NCBI RefSeq assembly: GCF_035084215.1
Contig: NC_090356.1
Coordinates: forward strand, 11,842,001 to 11,906,000
From: Heptranchias perlo
Taxonomy: Eukaryota
Length of the DNA: 64,000 nucleotides
Reading direction: 5' to 3'
Below the pieces are notes generated by a model. The model worked only from the letters and a program-made list of their open reading frames with translations. It was not told where the DNA came from and searched no databases. Below, piece after piece: positions 12,480 through 26,900 of this stretch. The translations under genes and the position numbers were made by a program. Every line of letters starts with the position of its first letter. Within the stretch, counting starts at the first letter, position 1.

Positions 12480-14779
12480 GACAGTAAGGGTCAGCAGGCT
12501 ATTAATCTATGTGGGGGGGGGGGGGAAGCTGTCAGTCAAGAGCAATCCTGACCTCAGCCAACACCCAGCAAGGGTCACTGGACAGTGACCAGGAGTGAAA
12601 ACCCATAGGTGCGGAGGCCTGGGGGCGAACCTGGGACCTTTCTGGTCTGTATAGGTTAGCTATTCAAGGAAAAGAAAGAGTTGCCTTTAAATAGCACCTT
12701 ATCAGCTTGCTCAGAAATATCTCAATTCACTTCCCATTCAGAAGTACAATGACTGCTGCTGTGTGGGCAAATGCAGCAGCAATCCTGCATATAAGATCCC
12801 ACAAGCAATGATAAGAAGAATGACCAGTTATTTTATTTTCCATAGTTTTGAAAAAGGGTCTGCACCCATAATATTAACTGGCCTGTTCTCTCCACAGATG
12901 CTGACTGACCTGCTGTGTGTTTCCAGCATTTGCTGTTTTTGTCGGTTGACGGAAGAACGTTGGAAATGACAGCGGAAAAACACCCTGCTTTTCTTCAAAT
13001 CGTGCCATGACCTTTAACATCCACCTGAACCCCAGGAACAGGCAGACATGGCCTCAGTTTAACGTCTCATTTAAAGCAATTCCTCAGTACTGCAATAGAG
13101 TGAGTGCTGGCTTCGATCCTGGTGTGGAGTGGAGCTTCAACCCACAACCTTATCATTGAGAACTGAAAGTACTGCCAAATGAGCCAAGCTGACACAAGGA
13201 TCCAGGACTGAAAAAACAAATCCCTTCAATTTTCTCCCCTCTGATCTGCAGGCATTGACTCGTTGTGGTGGATGGAGTACGGTTCCGCAACTGTACCTCA
13301 CCCAAGTGGCCGTTCTTCAAGCGTGAGCCCCGACAGTGAGTGCAGGTGAGCTATTCAACCACAGAGGCATCATAACTGAGCTTGATCCTGTCCACACATG
13401 CACATTTTCCAGCAAGGTTAACCAGGAGTGCGACCCCTGCAAGAACTCTCTCCTCTGCAGCCCAAGGATTCTGAGGCCAATCACAGCACTCCAGTATCTG
13501 CGCTGGCTGAGATCAGCTAAGAGCACAAATCAGGGATGGAACCTGGAACCTTTATGGTTGGTATAATTCAGTTCCACATCTGGCATTGCACTTACCAAGT
13601 GAGTCATCAGGGAACTATGATCCAGGGTCTCTCTCTCTCTCTCTCTGTTGATTAGATCACTTATTATGAATCAAACCTTTCCTTTCAAATCCATTCTCTC
13701 ACTTTCCCATTGAGGTGTCACTCTTTTTTTTCCTCTTTCTAATCCATTCTCTTGCATGCTCCAATCCAGGCTTTATCTCTCTCTCTCTCTCTCTCTCCCT
13801 TCCTATAGCTCTACCATGACATGACGTTATAACAGACGGAGCTCTCCCGAAAAGGGCGAAGTTTTTAACTAGGATTTCACCATGACCATTTAAATGGTGA
13901 CAGCAATTTAGAACCGGACTGCAAACCAGCCCGCATTGTTTAAATAGTTTAACCTGCATCTTACAGACTCACTCTTTCACACGGAGCAAACAAAGTCAGA
14001 GGCTAAGAAAGATACAACCCAGTACTTCTTCATTTAAGTAGAAAAGATTAGTAAAACAAAAACTCATTCAAAATGATATAATTATGATAGATAAAAACAG
14101 TAGCTTAGTGAAGCGTTTTTCCTGCGGCCAGTCTACATTTATCCAGAACAAGCCATTGTATTACTATTACCAACCTTGGGTGGTGCGATTGGAGCAGAGG
14201 GTAAATCCCATTTCAGTTCATCACCCCTGAAAAAAAAACTATAATTTCCCCTTCTCAGCATTGATGGAGCCTGTAATTATTCTCCCTCTCTGGTTAGTGT
14301 TCAATATTATTAATTAAATCCATTGCGATAGTTTTATCGTAATATGCAAAAACTGCTGAAAAGTGATGAAACGATTAAGAAAAATAATTTAAATTATGGT
14401 AATTGCCGGTTTTGTACGTTGGGTGTTGTTGCCTATTTTAATAAATCAATAATAAACCAATAAAGGGTCAGCGACCGAAAGACAGCTCCACAAAGTGCCC
14501 ACTTCTTAAGGAGGAAACACTAATATAATTTAGACATAAAGTCTGATGAACTACAGCAACCGATCATTCGAAATCATATCGCTGACTGTGTCAATTGGCC
14601 CCTCTGTACCCTGAAATGCTCACTGCAGACTGGTTACTGTTGCAACCTTGTTACATTTCTCACTATTAGTTACTGTATTGATACAGTCGCTGTCACTTTT
14701 CGAGGGAATCGTGTCCAAATGTCAAAAATAAAATGGGGAGATTCTCAGTGTGATGGATGTTTAATGGATGAGTTGTTGA

Positions 14780-15190
14780 ACCTTTTCATTCGCCCGCCGG
14801 CTCCACTGCGCCGCCTTTTGGTCCTCGGATTTCCCTCCCTCTCTTTATTTAATAAAAGCTTCTTTCACTCCAGCGTAATTACTGCGGATCGCGGCAGCAG
14901 GAAGCGAATCCGCTGGACAAGTGGAGTTAAACCGAAAGGCTGCACAGCTTCTCAGCCCTTTAAAAAGCAGCGCCACGTCGGGCGGGAGTCGGTGAGATTG
15001 CGAGCCGATCAATCGTCTGCCAATTGAAATTTAAAACCTCCCTTTTTCTGCAATGGAAATGTTTGAATTCAGCATTGGCGGCCTCTTGCTGCAGCCTGGC
15101 CCAGTGTCCGGCTCACTCGGTGCAGTTGCACTCCCACTTCTGCATCGCTGAGCCTGCTCCTGGTACCAGTGACGCCCTTTAGGTTTCAGT
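14780..15190. promoter_or_regulatory. CpG-enriched unique region, candidate promoter or enhancer
   Basis: Local CpG enrichment with GGGCGG and CCACGTC motifs in otherwise AT-rich, non-repeat DNA. Confidence 0.3.
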
Positions 15191-17789
15191 GTGCTGTGGC
15201 GCTTATGGCAGTGGACTATTCCACCATGGGAGAGTTGTGCAATTCAATTCTGGTAATTAGTGGAGTGGCAACAGAAAAATTACAATGGATGCTCTCAGAT
15301 TATTGTGAGAAACCCAATTAGTGCACTTTAGGGAGGGGAATCTGCTGTCCCCACTTGTGGTTGGCAGCGGCCTGACAAGCCTCAGTGTTCTAACCAATGT
15401 TTATCCCTCAACCTAAATCACTAAAACAGATTATCTGCCCATTATCTCATTGCAGTTTGTGGGAACTTGCTGTGCACAAATTGGTTGCCTTGTTTCCTAC
15501 ATTACAACAGTGACTGCACTTCAAAAGTACTTGTATGGCTGTAATGTGCTTTGGGACATTCTGAGGTTGTGAAAGGCACTATATAAATGCAAATTCTTTG
15601 CTTTTATATTTTTATAAACATGTCACTGTGTTTAATGGGCAAATGTTCCCTTCCTCTCCTGATGATGCTGACTCCCACTAGGCTTTAGTTCCACAGGTGT
15701 TAGCAGCTCTCTTAAACCTCATTTGACTGGAGATTCTTCATGTGTGAGCTGAGACTGTGAGTGTTGGAATTTCATTTGGCTGTGGCGGGCTCCACAGTCA
15801 GGCCTGTTCCTGTTCATACATGTGCATTACATCGGACTCGGGAATGACTAGATAATGATCAGGTGCAATTACCCGGACTGATTTTTCTTTTGTTTAGTCC
15901 AGAGGCACTGCAGCCACGTGTAGTAACCCAACTGTTAACTCGCTGAGCACACCCACATGTACACCGACCCGTACTCCCACACTCTTTGCTGTCAACCCAC
16001 AGACTTTGAGGCTAATTGTAGCACCTCCACTGCTGCCACAGCTGAGATTAGCTACTTCAACACAGACTAGGAGTTGAACCTAGGATCTTCAAGCTTGTCA
16101 GTTTGAAGTAAGTTTCATAATCCCTGCTCTATGTTGAGTCAACCACTCTTAGTTACAGGTGGCAGTATGGGTGCTCCGATTGGCCTCAAACATCCCTGGG
16201 CTGGGGTAAGATTGGCCAGGGTTCCTACTGCTGATTGCTGTGCAGTGAGCCCTCCAGGAGGAGTATGAGGGTGACCGCAGGATAGTGCTAAGCTCCAACG
16301 GCCCCCAAGAGTTGTCACTTGTATTAGTAGTGGGAAGTTGCTGCTTCATGTGGAACTGTAGCCCAGCATGATACCTGCCATTCTCATGATCAGAGGTTTA
16401 GAGGAAAAGAGTAGAGAAGGAAAAAAATACTCTGAATGATTTAATATAATAGTGATAAATATTAGTAATCCCTTTGTGTATTTATCAAAAAAGTAGCTTG
16501 TGCATACTATTATACATCTCTGCTATTGGTCTCTGTTTCAGGGTATGAGTCATTTATTGCCTTGTGTACACTGGGATTCCAATGTTAATCCATATTCTAT
16601 CGAACAAATGGGTACAAAGTGTGTCAAAATTGAATGTGTTTTGCAGGCACAATCACTGGTATTGAAAGCGGTGGCAGAATGCAACCACAGGATAATTAGA
16701 GGTTGCAGTGACAATGCTGTGAGAACAAAATAAACACATCACCTGATCTAATGTAGTTCAAGAGAGCACGGATAGTTAATGACAGAGTAGATAGAGAGAA
16801 ACTGTTCCCATTAATGGAAGGGTCAAGAACCAGAGGACATAGATTTAAGGTGATTAGCAAAAGAACCAAAGGTGACATGAGGAAAAACTTTTTTACACAG
16901 CGAGTGGTTAGGATCTGGAATGCACTGCCCGAGGGGGTCGTGGAGGCAGATTCAATCATGGCCTTCAAAAGGAAACTGGATAAGTACTTGAAAGGAAAAA
17001 ATTTGCAGGGCTACGGGGATAGGGCGAGGGAATGGGCCTAACTGGATTGGTCTTGAATAGAGCAGGCGTGGACTCGATGGGCCAAATGACCTCCTTCCGT
17101 GCTGTAACCTTTCTATGATAGAGAACATGATTTGTTTCGAATACTATTTTAATGATACCTAAAAAAGAATGGTCACAGTGCCAATTGATTCTGATCAATT
17201 AATTCTGAAATGTGTATGTGATGTTGCTTAACCACAGAATGGACACAAATGCATTGGATTTTATTTTCTCGAGTTCTTTTTCATTTGTACAATTGTAGTA
17301 CCAAGAATACAATGAATTGTCAGCTAGCTACTGTCTTTTACACGAATGTCATTGCAGATGTCCGAAAATGATTGTGCTATATCACCTGATCCATCTTTAT
17401 TACAAAAATTGGGTTCTTGTCATTTGTTGTAGGATTTGTTCAGAAACTCGTGCTTGTTCCTAATTTTCATTATAAATTGTTGTTTACACATGGTAATTAT
17501 AATTGACGTAGTACACGTGGCAAAACCATCAGTCCTTTGGTGCAGGTATGAAGTTTAAAAGAAAGACTGAAAACAGAATTAAAAATTAACCCTAGGATTC
17601 CAAAATGAAATTTTGAGGAGTAATTTTGCTCAGCCGGTAAAGAGCCTCCCTAACGGTGAGCACAGGTTGGAACGTTGGGTGTATAGTGTAATAGCCATAT
17701 CTCTGACCTGTGTTCTCATCGAACAAGGCTCTATACCACCAGTGCAGCCTTGCAGAATTACCCCTATAATCTCACCTCAGAGAGACTGT

Positions 17790-19660
17790 GTTATTATGTT
17801 AGTTGCTGTACAATACCATCTTTTTTGAAGCTGGGAAAGAAAGGCTTTGTAGTCATGGTAACTGAGATAGCCTCAAGTTATGTTTTTGAGGGGAGTAACG
17901 TAAATGCGGCTGGTTTGCTTGTTTCCTTGGACTTATTTTTATTTAGCCCACTTTGTGATAGTAACACTCCCTCCTTTTAAAGTTATTTTTTCACCCCGTT
18001 TCCCTGCGCCAGCAGAGCTGTCAACATTGGGGAAAAGTTAGGATGAGATTTATGTTCAAAAAGAGTAAGAACCATTTAATTCAGATGATGATTATTACTC
18101 ACTTGACCCTCACTCCTGCAGTTCGTGATGTCCTACAAACGCAGAAAGGAGATCTCCTGCCTTACAACTGCCGTTGAATGTATGTAGAAATTAATTTTTA
18201 AAATGTCAATTCACATCTGGCAGAATAGCACTCTACTGCAATACCATTTTCAGTGCTGAGCAGAGTGCTGCTGTATGATCCTGCCCACCAGCACTTTGAC
18301 CCTGTTACACAGGGGTTACTCACTTCTGGTTTCATTTCCAATTTATCTGGTAGCATGCAGGAACTACTGAGTTAGAAATGAAAGTAAAAGAATGATGCAA
18401 CTCAAACCCTCAATTTAAAATTGATATGTTTCAATACATTAGTACGAATGATATATATGTAACAATTGCACTCGGTACAAATAACCGTGTAAGTCAAAAA
18501 TAATTATTTTGTGTGGTGCTGTAGATTTGGCACAGAGTACACACAGGAGACTGCAACAGATGAGCAGGGAGATGTATAATATTTCAAGGTATTTCTAATT
18601 GCTTAATTATAATCTGATATATTTAAAAGTTGTGGAACATCTAAATGTTTTAAAGACCTGTTATATAGTTGTATAAGATTTTAATCAGGCCAAATTGCAA
18701 TAGTACTTTTTCAACCAGAGTACTGAATTTAGGCTGGTCAGAATTCTGAGGCTGAGGAGGAATTAATATAACTTAAAACGTGAATATTTTCTGTGTGTAT
18801 AGATATAAATATAGATTAAGATTTAATTTGTGATTTTCTCTTTCACACTTAGTCTGTTCACTTTGATATTTCAGTGTTGTAGGCCACAAATATCTGGCCA
18901 GGCTCAATGTGAACAGCCCTCCAGACAAGGTGCACTCTAGCTAGGATACTCTTCAAATTTAGCCTGGTGTGAAATTTGAGGCCTACACTGCAGTCGGACA
19001 TAAATATTTGACCAAAATGGTGCACAATAATATATTACTAAAGTAGTTTAAGAAATTTAACTCATAGTTATCTATAGGTTGTCAAATAATTCTTATTTTG
19101 CTATTTATTGTGCCAGCTCCCTAAAAAAAAGTGTACTCTTGATTAGAAATTGCTTAGGACAAATGATTTGTTAATTTGAACTGAAATGGTGCAAAAAGCA
19201 GGCTTTTGTGCTATTTTTGTTAAAACTGCTTAATTTGCACTACTGATATGTTGAACTTTTTCAAGCAAAAACAAATTTGAATTAACAGGAATAGACTGTG
19301 TAGAACAAAATGAAAAAGACAATACACTTTTTAAAAAAAATCTTGTGTCAACAATTTTTATTTTATGGAATTTGTGTTTTTCTGAGAGTTGCTGTTTAGA
19401 ACCTTTTTTTTACCTTGTAAAAAAGGCTTTGTAGTCATGGTGAACACGACTGCTCATTGGCCTCAGGTAATGGGTCTGGTTTTAGTTTGTTTAGTTTCCT
19501 TGGACTTATTTTTATTCAGCTAACTTTTGTAACAGTAATACTCCCTTTTTAAGTTTGATTTTTTTTTTCCCTCCCCATCTCCCTGCACCACCAGGGTTGT
19601 CAACACTGGGGAAATGATAGATGTGAGATTTATGATCAAAAAGAGTAACACCCATTTAAA
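17790..19660 (+). repeat. Diverged ~280-bp direct duplication (~17790-18080 and ~19370-19660)
   Basis: Shared blocks aaaggctttgtagtcatggt, gtttccttggacttatttttatt, tgtcaaca(t/c)tggggaaa and tgagatttatg(t/a)tcaaaaagagtaa. Confidence 0.85.
18878..18987. mobile_element. Small MITE-like imperfect inverted repeat
   Basis: 27-nt arms tgtaggccacaaatatctggccaggct and agcctggtgtgaaatttgaggcctaca. Confidence 0.5.
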
Positions 19661-20147
19661 TATATGGAGCTAAGTTTATTTTTTGAAGACTAAGTTGCAT
19701 AAAATTGAGGACACTGAAACTAAAATGAGCAAGGCTCATTCCAGATGATAGATAGTTGATAGATCTGTGCACATTGCACCATTCACAGTGAAGGCTGGTA
19801 TCTGAGAAACTTCTCAGACCCTGCAAGGCCTCACACATTGCACCCTCTGTAAACTTGAGCTCATCCAAAACTCTGCAGCCCGTATCCTAACTCGTACCGT
19901 CCCGTTGTGTACCCAGTCCGGCAATGCCTTAATTTTAAAGTTCTCATCCTTGTTTCCAAATTGCTCCATGGCCTCGCCCCTCCCTATCTCTGAAACCTCC
20001 TCCAGCCCTACAACCTTCCGAGATCTCTGCGCTCCTCCAATTCTTGCCTCTTGCGCATCCCCGATTTTAATCTCTCCATCATTGGCGCCCGAGCTTTTAG
20101 CTGCCTAGGCCCTAAGCTCTGGAATTTCCTCCCTAAACCCTAAACCC

Positions 20148-20772
20148 AATGGTCAGAACATTGAATACAGGAGTTGGGATGTCTTGTTGAAGTTGTACAA
20201 GACATTAGTAAGTCCACACTTGAAATATTGTGTACAGTTCTGGTCACCCTATTATAGAAAGGATATTATTAAACTAGAAAGAGTGCAGAAAAGATTTACT
20301 AGGATGCTACCGGGACTTGATGGTTTGACTTATAGGGAGAGGTTGGATAGACTGAGACTTTTTTCCCGGGAGAGTAGGAGGTTTTGGGGTGATCTTATAG
20401 AAGTCTATAAAATAATGAGGGGCATAGATAAGGTAGATAGTCAAAATCTTTTCCCAAAGGTAGGGGAGTCTATAACGAGGGGGCATAGATTTAAGGTGAG
20501 AGGGGAGAGATAAAAAAGGGTCCAGAGGGGCAATTTTTTCACTCAAAGGGTGGTGAGTGTCTGGAACGAGCTGCCAGAGGCAGTAGTAGAGGCGGGTACA
20601 ATTTTGTCTTTTAAAAAGCATTTGGACAGTTACATGGGTAAGATGGGTATAGAGGGATATGGGCCAAGTGCAGGCAATTGGGACTAGCTTAGTGGTATAA
20701 ACTGGGCGACATGGACATGTTGGGCCGAAGGGCCTGTTTCCATGTTGTAAACTTCTATGATTCTATGATTCT
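20148..20772 (+). mobile_element. CR1 LINE 3' fragment nested in an L2-type element (~19850-20958)
   Basis: LYKTLV...LERVQKRFTRMLPG; (TTCTATGA)n tail; the L2-like sequence resumes after it. Confidence 0.88.
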
Positions 20773-23700
20773 AACCCCTCTGCCTCTCTACATCTGTCTC
20801 CTCCTTTAAGACGCTCCTTAAAACCTACCTCTTTGACCAAGCTTTTGGTCCTAATATCTCCTTATGTGGCTCGGTGTCAAATTTTGTTTGATAACGCTCC
20901 TGTGAAGTGCCTTGGGGCATTTTACTACGTTAAAGGTGCTATATAAATGCAAGTTGCTGGTATAGTAAATGCTGGAAGGTGGACATGAGCAGCCTGGGAA
21001 TGACTCTTCCTCCAATGTAAAGTCCTTTCCTTGAGGAAGCCTCTGACTTCTCCTGAATGCAAACCCATGCCCTCTGCTCTGTGTTGATGAAGGGAATTTC
21101 TCTTAACACCTTTATATTTAAATTTTTGAGCCCCCTGGTTAACTCTTCCTTAATGTGTTCTCTCTGAAAATAATTTACCATATGCCAATTGTTTATGGTT
21201 CCTTTTGTAATAAAGAAACCTTATAAATCTCTGCTCTACAAACACTAACATTATAACATATAAAGTAGCAGATGGCTTGGTATTTGTTACTGTGCCATAT
21301 GTATATAATTTTAAATGCAGTGAAATAAAATCTAACACCATTGCAGTCAAATCATATGGTGCAATTCTACTTCAGTACAAGTCGTACACTTCAACAGTAG
21401 GAGTCAGTCGTCTGCCATTTTCTGCCTTGACATCCATCGCCAGAAAAACAAAACCATACAGAACTGAGCACATCAACTCGATTCCATACTATTCTGTACC
21501 TATTTGATATTTTAACACATTGCTGTGATATCCTGCAGGTTGGATAGGGAGCAAGTCCAATTATGGTAATAAATTTGGAACATCCTAACCATCTTGCCTC
21601 ATCTTCCAGTCTTCTCGTTTCAGCAGCGTTTGGCCAGTGCTAGAATCAGTCCAGATTATGCTCCAGATTAGCACCCTCAGCGGCAAAGGACCAGCCACTT
21701 GCTGACTCATGTTGTTGCTGAGCAGGAATCAGTGTCTCCGCCTAACATGAAATATTGGGATGAATTCTCAGGCCTCCCACCCGGCGGAAATGGGGCAATA
21801 GTGCCCTGATAATGACGGGCAATGACCCACCGCTCCATTGCCACCGTTACTGTATCTGTGGCAATGTTCCCCCGGGCCTGACGTTGGGTGGCTGGAGCAG
21901 CCCCTTGAGTCAAGCGGTAGGCCAATTTAAAATGCAAATCAGGGTCCTGTGACATACGTAGGAACTTGATTGCCATTTTTAGACTGAACTGGGAAGAACG
22001 TGCGCCATTTACATTGGCAGCCCGGCTAAAGAGGATACCAAAGATAAATTTCTCTGTTGTGGGGTCGGGAGGAGCAGGAGTGCGAATCCAGTGCTAACAA
22101 GGCCCGGACCTCAAAACGGACAGGGCCTTTTTCCAGGACTTTCCAGCCAGAGCTTTCCACATGCCAGCTGCCCGCAGTTTGCTCGGGGGTTGGGCGGGGG
22201 ATCCACCTTATTGTGTCTCTACAGTGGAGAGGTACTAGACTAAAGCTAATCATTGGTAGATCATTTTTCTCCCCCAGTTTTCTTTTTCTTTCCTCCTCTC
22301 CTAAAGGTGGTGATTTGTGCTCACAGGAACTGGCACCTTGCCCAAAATGGCTATTATTCAATTGTCCAGGGGTGTACAATAAATCAACAGCTCCAACTGT
22401 TGATCACATTTCCAAAATTTTCCTCAATTTTAAATGTAGAAAGGGAAACCTTTCCTTACTGACACACCATGGAATTGGCTGATACAGAGAGATTCATCGA
22501 TACGTTAAAGGGAATTATCTCAACCACATGCTCTTCCATTCCTTGACTGGAACTTTATTATCAGGAATCCTTCGATATCCCAAACCTATGCTTCTTGCCA
22601 TCTCTGTAAAAGAAGGAAAATATTTAAATTAACCATTCAGTCCACAATTGAAAATTATTATGTGTGGCAAATTGGATTTTCACCTGGATGGCCTGAGGTA
22701 GATTTCTTTTTAAATTAGTAATTTTTCTATAATGCTAGATTCAGCATATAAGGAGTTAACTCTCAGGGCTGCATACAACATTTTTTTTTCTCAATAATAA
22801 GCCAGAAGCCTGAAAGTTCATTTACGCTCTCAATAGTAATTTGATGTGTTAATTAGTTATTCCGTGAGAGGATCTTGATGTACAATCCCAAATATTTTGT
22901 GCAATTGTGAGAAGATGGCTCCTTGGAACTGAGTGTCCAAGATGTTCTTCCATTCCATTGCACTCTCACAGCAGAAGGCTTAGCCAGGCGGACATGCAGG
23001 AGTCTCCTGCTTCCACATTAAAGGGAAGGGCTCTCACATCAGAATAATGACTTTGATTGACAGCTTAGTGAGCTGAACCCGCCATCTCTCTGACTTACGG
23101 TGCGGGGGTTCACGAAGGGGTTTGCTCGTGCGTGTCTCACTCTCACACACGCAGTCATAGGGTGGTCTGTGAATTTGCCAGCCTACATCATAAAGGCTGT
23201 CTGTATCTTAAAAGTTCAAACTGACTTACTTTGAAAGGTTAATCTAGGGAAGGTGAGCCCACGTTTAGAGAGATGGTAAGTTGCACTTTTATTGTTTTCA
23301 TAACAGAAGAGCATCAGGAAACAGATTGTTCCCTGCTTCGAGCTGAATTAGCTGAACCAGTGATATCATTGGTCTCCTTATCACCTGGGCTTAGAACGGG
23401 GGGGAAAAATATCAACCAAGGGTCCTGCTGATTGTAATCGTGACCCTTACGTGTAGATGTAAGGATCAGCCTGGTGCCACTGCTACAATTCAGTCTTTTT
23501 CCATAATATTTTTCATTTATTCTCACTGTAAAGGTCAGCTTCCATAGGCAACCTATACCTTGTTCTGAAACTAGTCTTTATTGACAAAGCAACTGGGATA
23601 TCATGCCACTGCAGGAACAATGAACCCCTTTTTCTGTTGAGCTGTGCACTGGGAATGGTATAGGCTGGAAATAAATAGCTCTTGATTTTTTTCAAATTGG

Positions 23701-24264
23701 CAGGAAACACAACACTGACAGTCCGGTTGAATTTCACACCCTATGAATCAGATTTATTAAGAAGTAAGACTATACAGAAGCAGAGATGAATCAGCTGATA
23801 AACATAGGAAACATTATACTAAACTTTATGACATCTGTTCTAAAACAATGTTCTCAGCTTAAAAGCTTTCCAGTAACTTTTTTGCATGAATCTGCTTTGA
23901 AAACTTTTATGTGAGAAATGAACTTTACTGAGTCCCTATCGGCACAATAAACCCTTTCAGCAAGCAGGCAGAAACCATTTTAAATTGTATCAGGCACAGC
24001 TAGAAATTCCTATAAAACATATAATATCGAGATCATATGATCTGAAACAGGATGGATCCTCCAGTCTGTGTCAGCCCTGCATGGTCAAGTAGTCTGCTGA
24101 CACGTACTGACCAAGCACACAAACGGGATGGGCATTTGGGTGAGGTTGGCAGTGCCCATGGAAGATGGAAGCATCCCCAAGTATGAGGACCTTCAAGAGA
24201 AGAAGGAAGAAAATTTGGAAGGGGGGGGGCGGGTGGGAGCGTGGGAGCGTGAAGAAAGTGGGAC

Positions 24265-24960
24265 GAGCCCAGAAATTGCTCGGAGCGGTGAACTAATGCT
24301 TCTCGCTGCTCCATAAATTTATACCAGCCACTAACACACCGTGGTCTTTACTGGGTGCAATTCCTCTAATAGGAAGCGGAGAAGAGCCCAGCGTCGTTCA
24401 AGGGAAGCTAGGACCCTGGGAGAAGCTCTCCCTTCGACCAGTCAGATTGCAGCATTTTTGACAAGCTGCGAAACTGTTTCTGTGGGCTTAGAGCTTTAAA
24501 CCAGGAAGTGAAACATACATTAAAATTAATGTAAAAACAATTAGCAAAAAAAAAGGATAAGAAATAATCGAATTAAATAAAAAACACAAAAAGGAAAAGT
24601 AAAAAAAACATTTTTTTACGTTAAAAAAATGTTTTTTTTAATGACCAAAAATAAGGAGTAATGAGACTCCACATTTTTAAATTAATTTTTAGTTGTTTGC
24701 CAGTTGCTGTTTTTAAGCGTACCTGTTTTGTGGCAATATTATTTACTTTCCAGCTGAGCAGATGAGCAAGTTGGCGCATTTTCAATGATTTCACTGATTG
24801 CAGCCGGCGATATCCCCTTAATTCGAACTAATAAGAGCAAGTTCTGGATTTCCGCATTTCACTGCACGTGTGCGAGCACCAGGACTTGCTCCTCGATTTC
24901 GCCACTAACAACGGAGAGCGCTGTTGATCTCACCGTTCTTTTCCAAGCAATTTCTGCCCC
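24265..24960. mobile_element. Non-autonomous TIR element, probably Harbinger-derived
   Basis: Imperfect TIRs (gagcc)CAGAAATTGCT ... AGCAATTTCTG(cccc); no coding capacity. Confidence 0.55.
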
Positions 24961-25452
24961 AATGTAATAAACAGAGAGGCAAGGAAATCGGCCCTACCCG
25001 AATTACTAGAAGAAAAAACACATGCACGTACTAAAACCTTCTTCGCACCAAAACAAGTATGAAAACAGATTTTGTACCAGCGCTGGATCTTATAACACCA
25101 GAGCCCTTTTATATCACAGTGTTGGCATGTTGCCGTGCACTTTTATCTCATGACGTTCCAACTGCTTTTTCAGTGGTTTCCACAAATCTCTCAACACTAC
25201 AGAGACTTGGATGTATTTGGAGCTTTGCTAACTGACCTCCAGTGACCAGTCTATGGTGAAATAATGTTATTCATTTACTTTGACCAATTCCTTTTGATGG
25301 AATCAGATTGTGTGTTTGCACGGACCTGACCCGAAGCAGGTTAGGAAATGGAGCAAACTGATTAAACTAGTTGGCACCGAGCTGCCCCAATATAATGTGA
25401 TCCAATATAATGTGATCCAATGTGCAATGAAGATATTGTTAGTTCAAACTGA

Positions 25453-25507
25453 AAGATTGCTTAATACTGTTTAAAACTAAGGGTTTTAAACAGTATTAAG
25501 CAATCTT
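25453..25507. repeat. Perfect 25-bp inverted repeat with a 5-nt loop
   Basis: AAGATTGCTTAATACTGTTTAAAAC-taagg-GTTTTAAACAGTATTAAGCAATCTT. Confidence 0.95.
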
Positions 25508-26099
25508 CGGATTTGCAGGTTCATACTGGTAATTGTACTTTAGTAGGGGGAAAACATCCCACACTAGCAATATTGCAAGATGTCTCTGAAAAGTTAAATA
25601 AAAAATTCCAGCGTAAGCTAAGATGTGGATAAGCGGTCAACAGCAATTAATGATAGGTTCAGTTCCTAACTTCCCCCAATGGGCAAAGGTACCACCTAAC
25701 GCCATATAGACCAGAAGGTCCCGTGTTTGATTCTCGAGCTTTACTCCTTTAGCTGATCTCAACCAAGGGTGCTACCCCGCGGGGGCACTGCAATCTGCCT
25801 CCGAGCCTCTGGAAGAGGGAAAAAAATTATTCTGCTCCCGATTGATACCCAGTGGGAAAGTTTGGGTGTTTGACATCAGGTGAGGACAGGATTTGGTTGG
25901 GCTTTCATGCCCTCCTTGGTTGAATAGCCTGCCCACCCTCACTATCTGGGATCACACATGAAGTATGGCCACTTGGGCAAAGTAGTGACGGGCTGCCAGT
26001 GTCTGTGGAACGCTAATTTAGTATAAGTCCTCTTCTTAAAGGTAGGATGAATTGCCCCATATCTTCATTCTGCAGAAGGGTTGAGAAAACTTTCTTTAG

Positions 26100-26294
<195 letters not shown>

Positions 26295-26900
26295 TAGCCT
26301 AAACACTCTTTCTTGGAATCAATGTCCACTCTCATCAGTGTGGTAAGAACAGGTGCTGTTTCAATCTTTTGTCTTAGTCCTAAATGGTGTGGGTCAATTC
26401 TGTCCAGTCATTTGGATGGCTTTACGCTCACCCATTCCATCTCTCCTTGTCTCTTTCAGCCCTCTCTCTTATCTCTCTATCTGATTTCCTCTCTTTCTCA
26501 TTCCCTTTCCTTGTTTCCCTTTCCCCTCTTTTCTCCTTGTTTTTTTTCTATCATTTCCCCTTTCTCTCATTCCCTCTGTCCTTACCTCTCATTCTATTCC
26601 TGTCAGCTTCTATTGAAGTTAGGTAGATCTGACTAGTTGGTTCTAAAATCATTGTTTATCGGTGCAGGAGGACAGGAACCAGTGCAGGGGAAGGTTCCCA
26701 GCTGAGATTGTTCAGAAACTGAGCATCTTCTGTTTTCAATCAGTGCCTGTACATTGTAGACCAGTTCACACGTGATCCTCGGAATCTGCCAGGCATTGTG
26801 ATGCTCCCATTATTTAATTGAAAAACTTCCTAATGTCTGTGAAGTTCACGTTCCCATGCGTGACCCTGTGGTATCCAGGCAGTAGTTCCTCCACTGCACC

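Noticed and set aside
15205-15230. TGGCAGTG, the miR-34 5' sequence
   Set aside because: The rest does not match miR-34 and no hairpin is evident.
1-26000. LZIC or CTNNBIP1 exons expected from synteny
   Set aside because: No matching peptide found on either strand by eye; these genes are probably left of the window.
26313-26636. Hydrophobic 107-aa ORF in an nmnat1 intron
   Set aside because: Arises from a low-complexity CT-rich tract.
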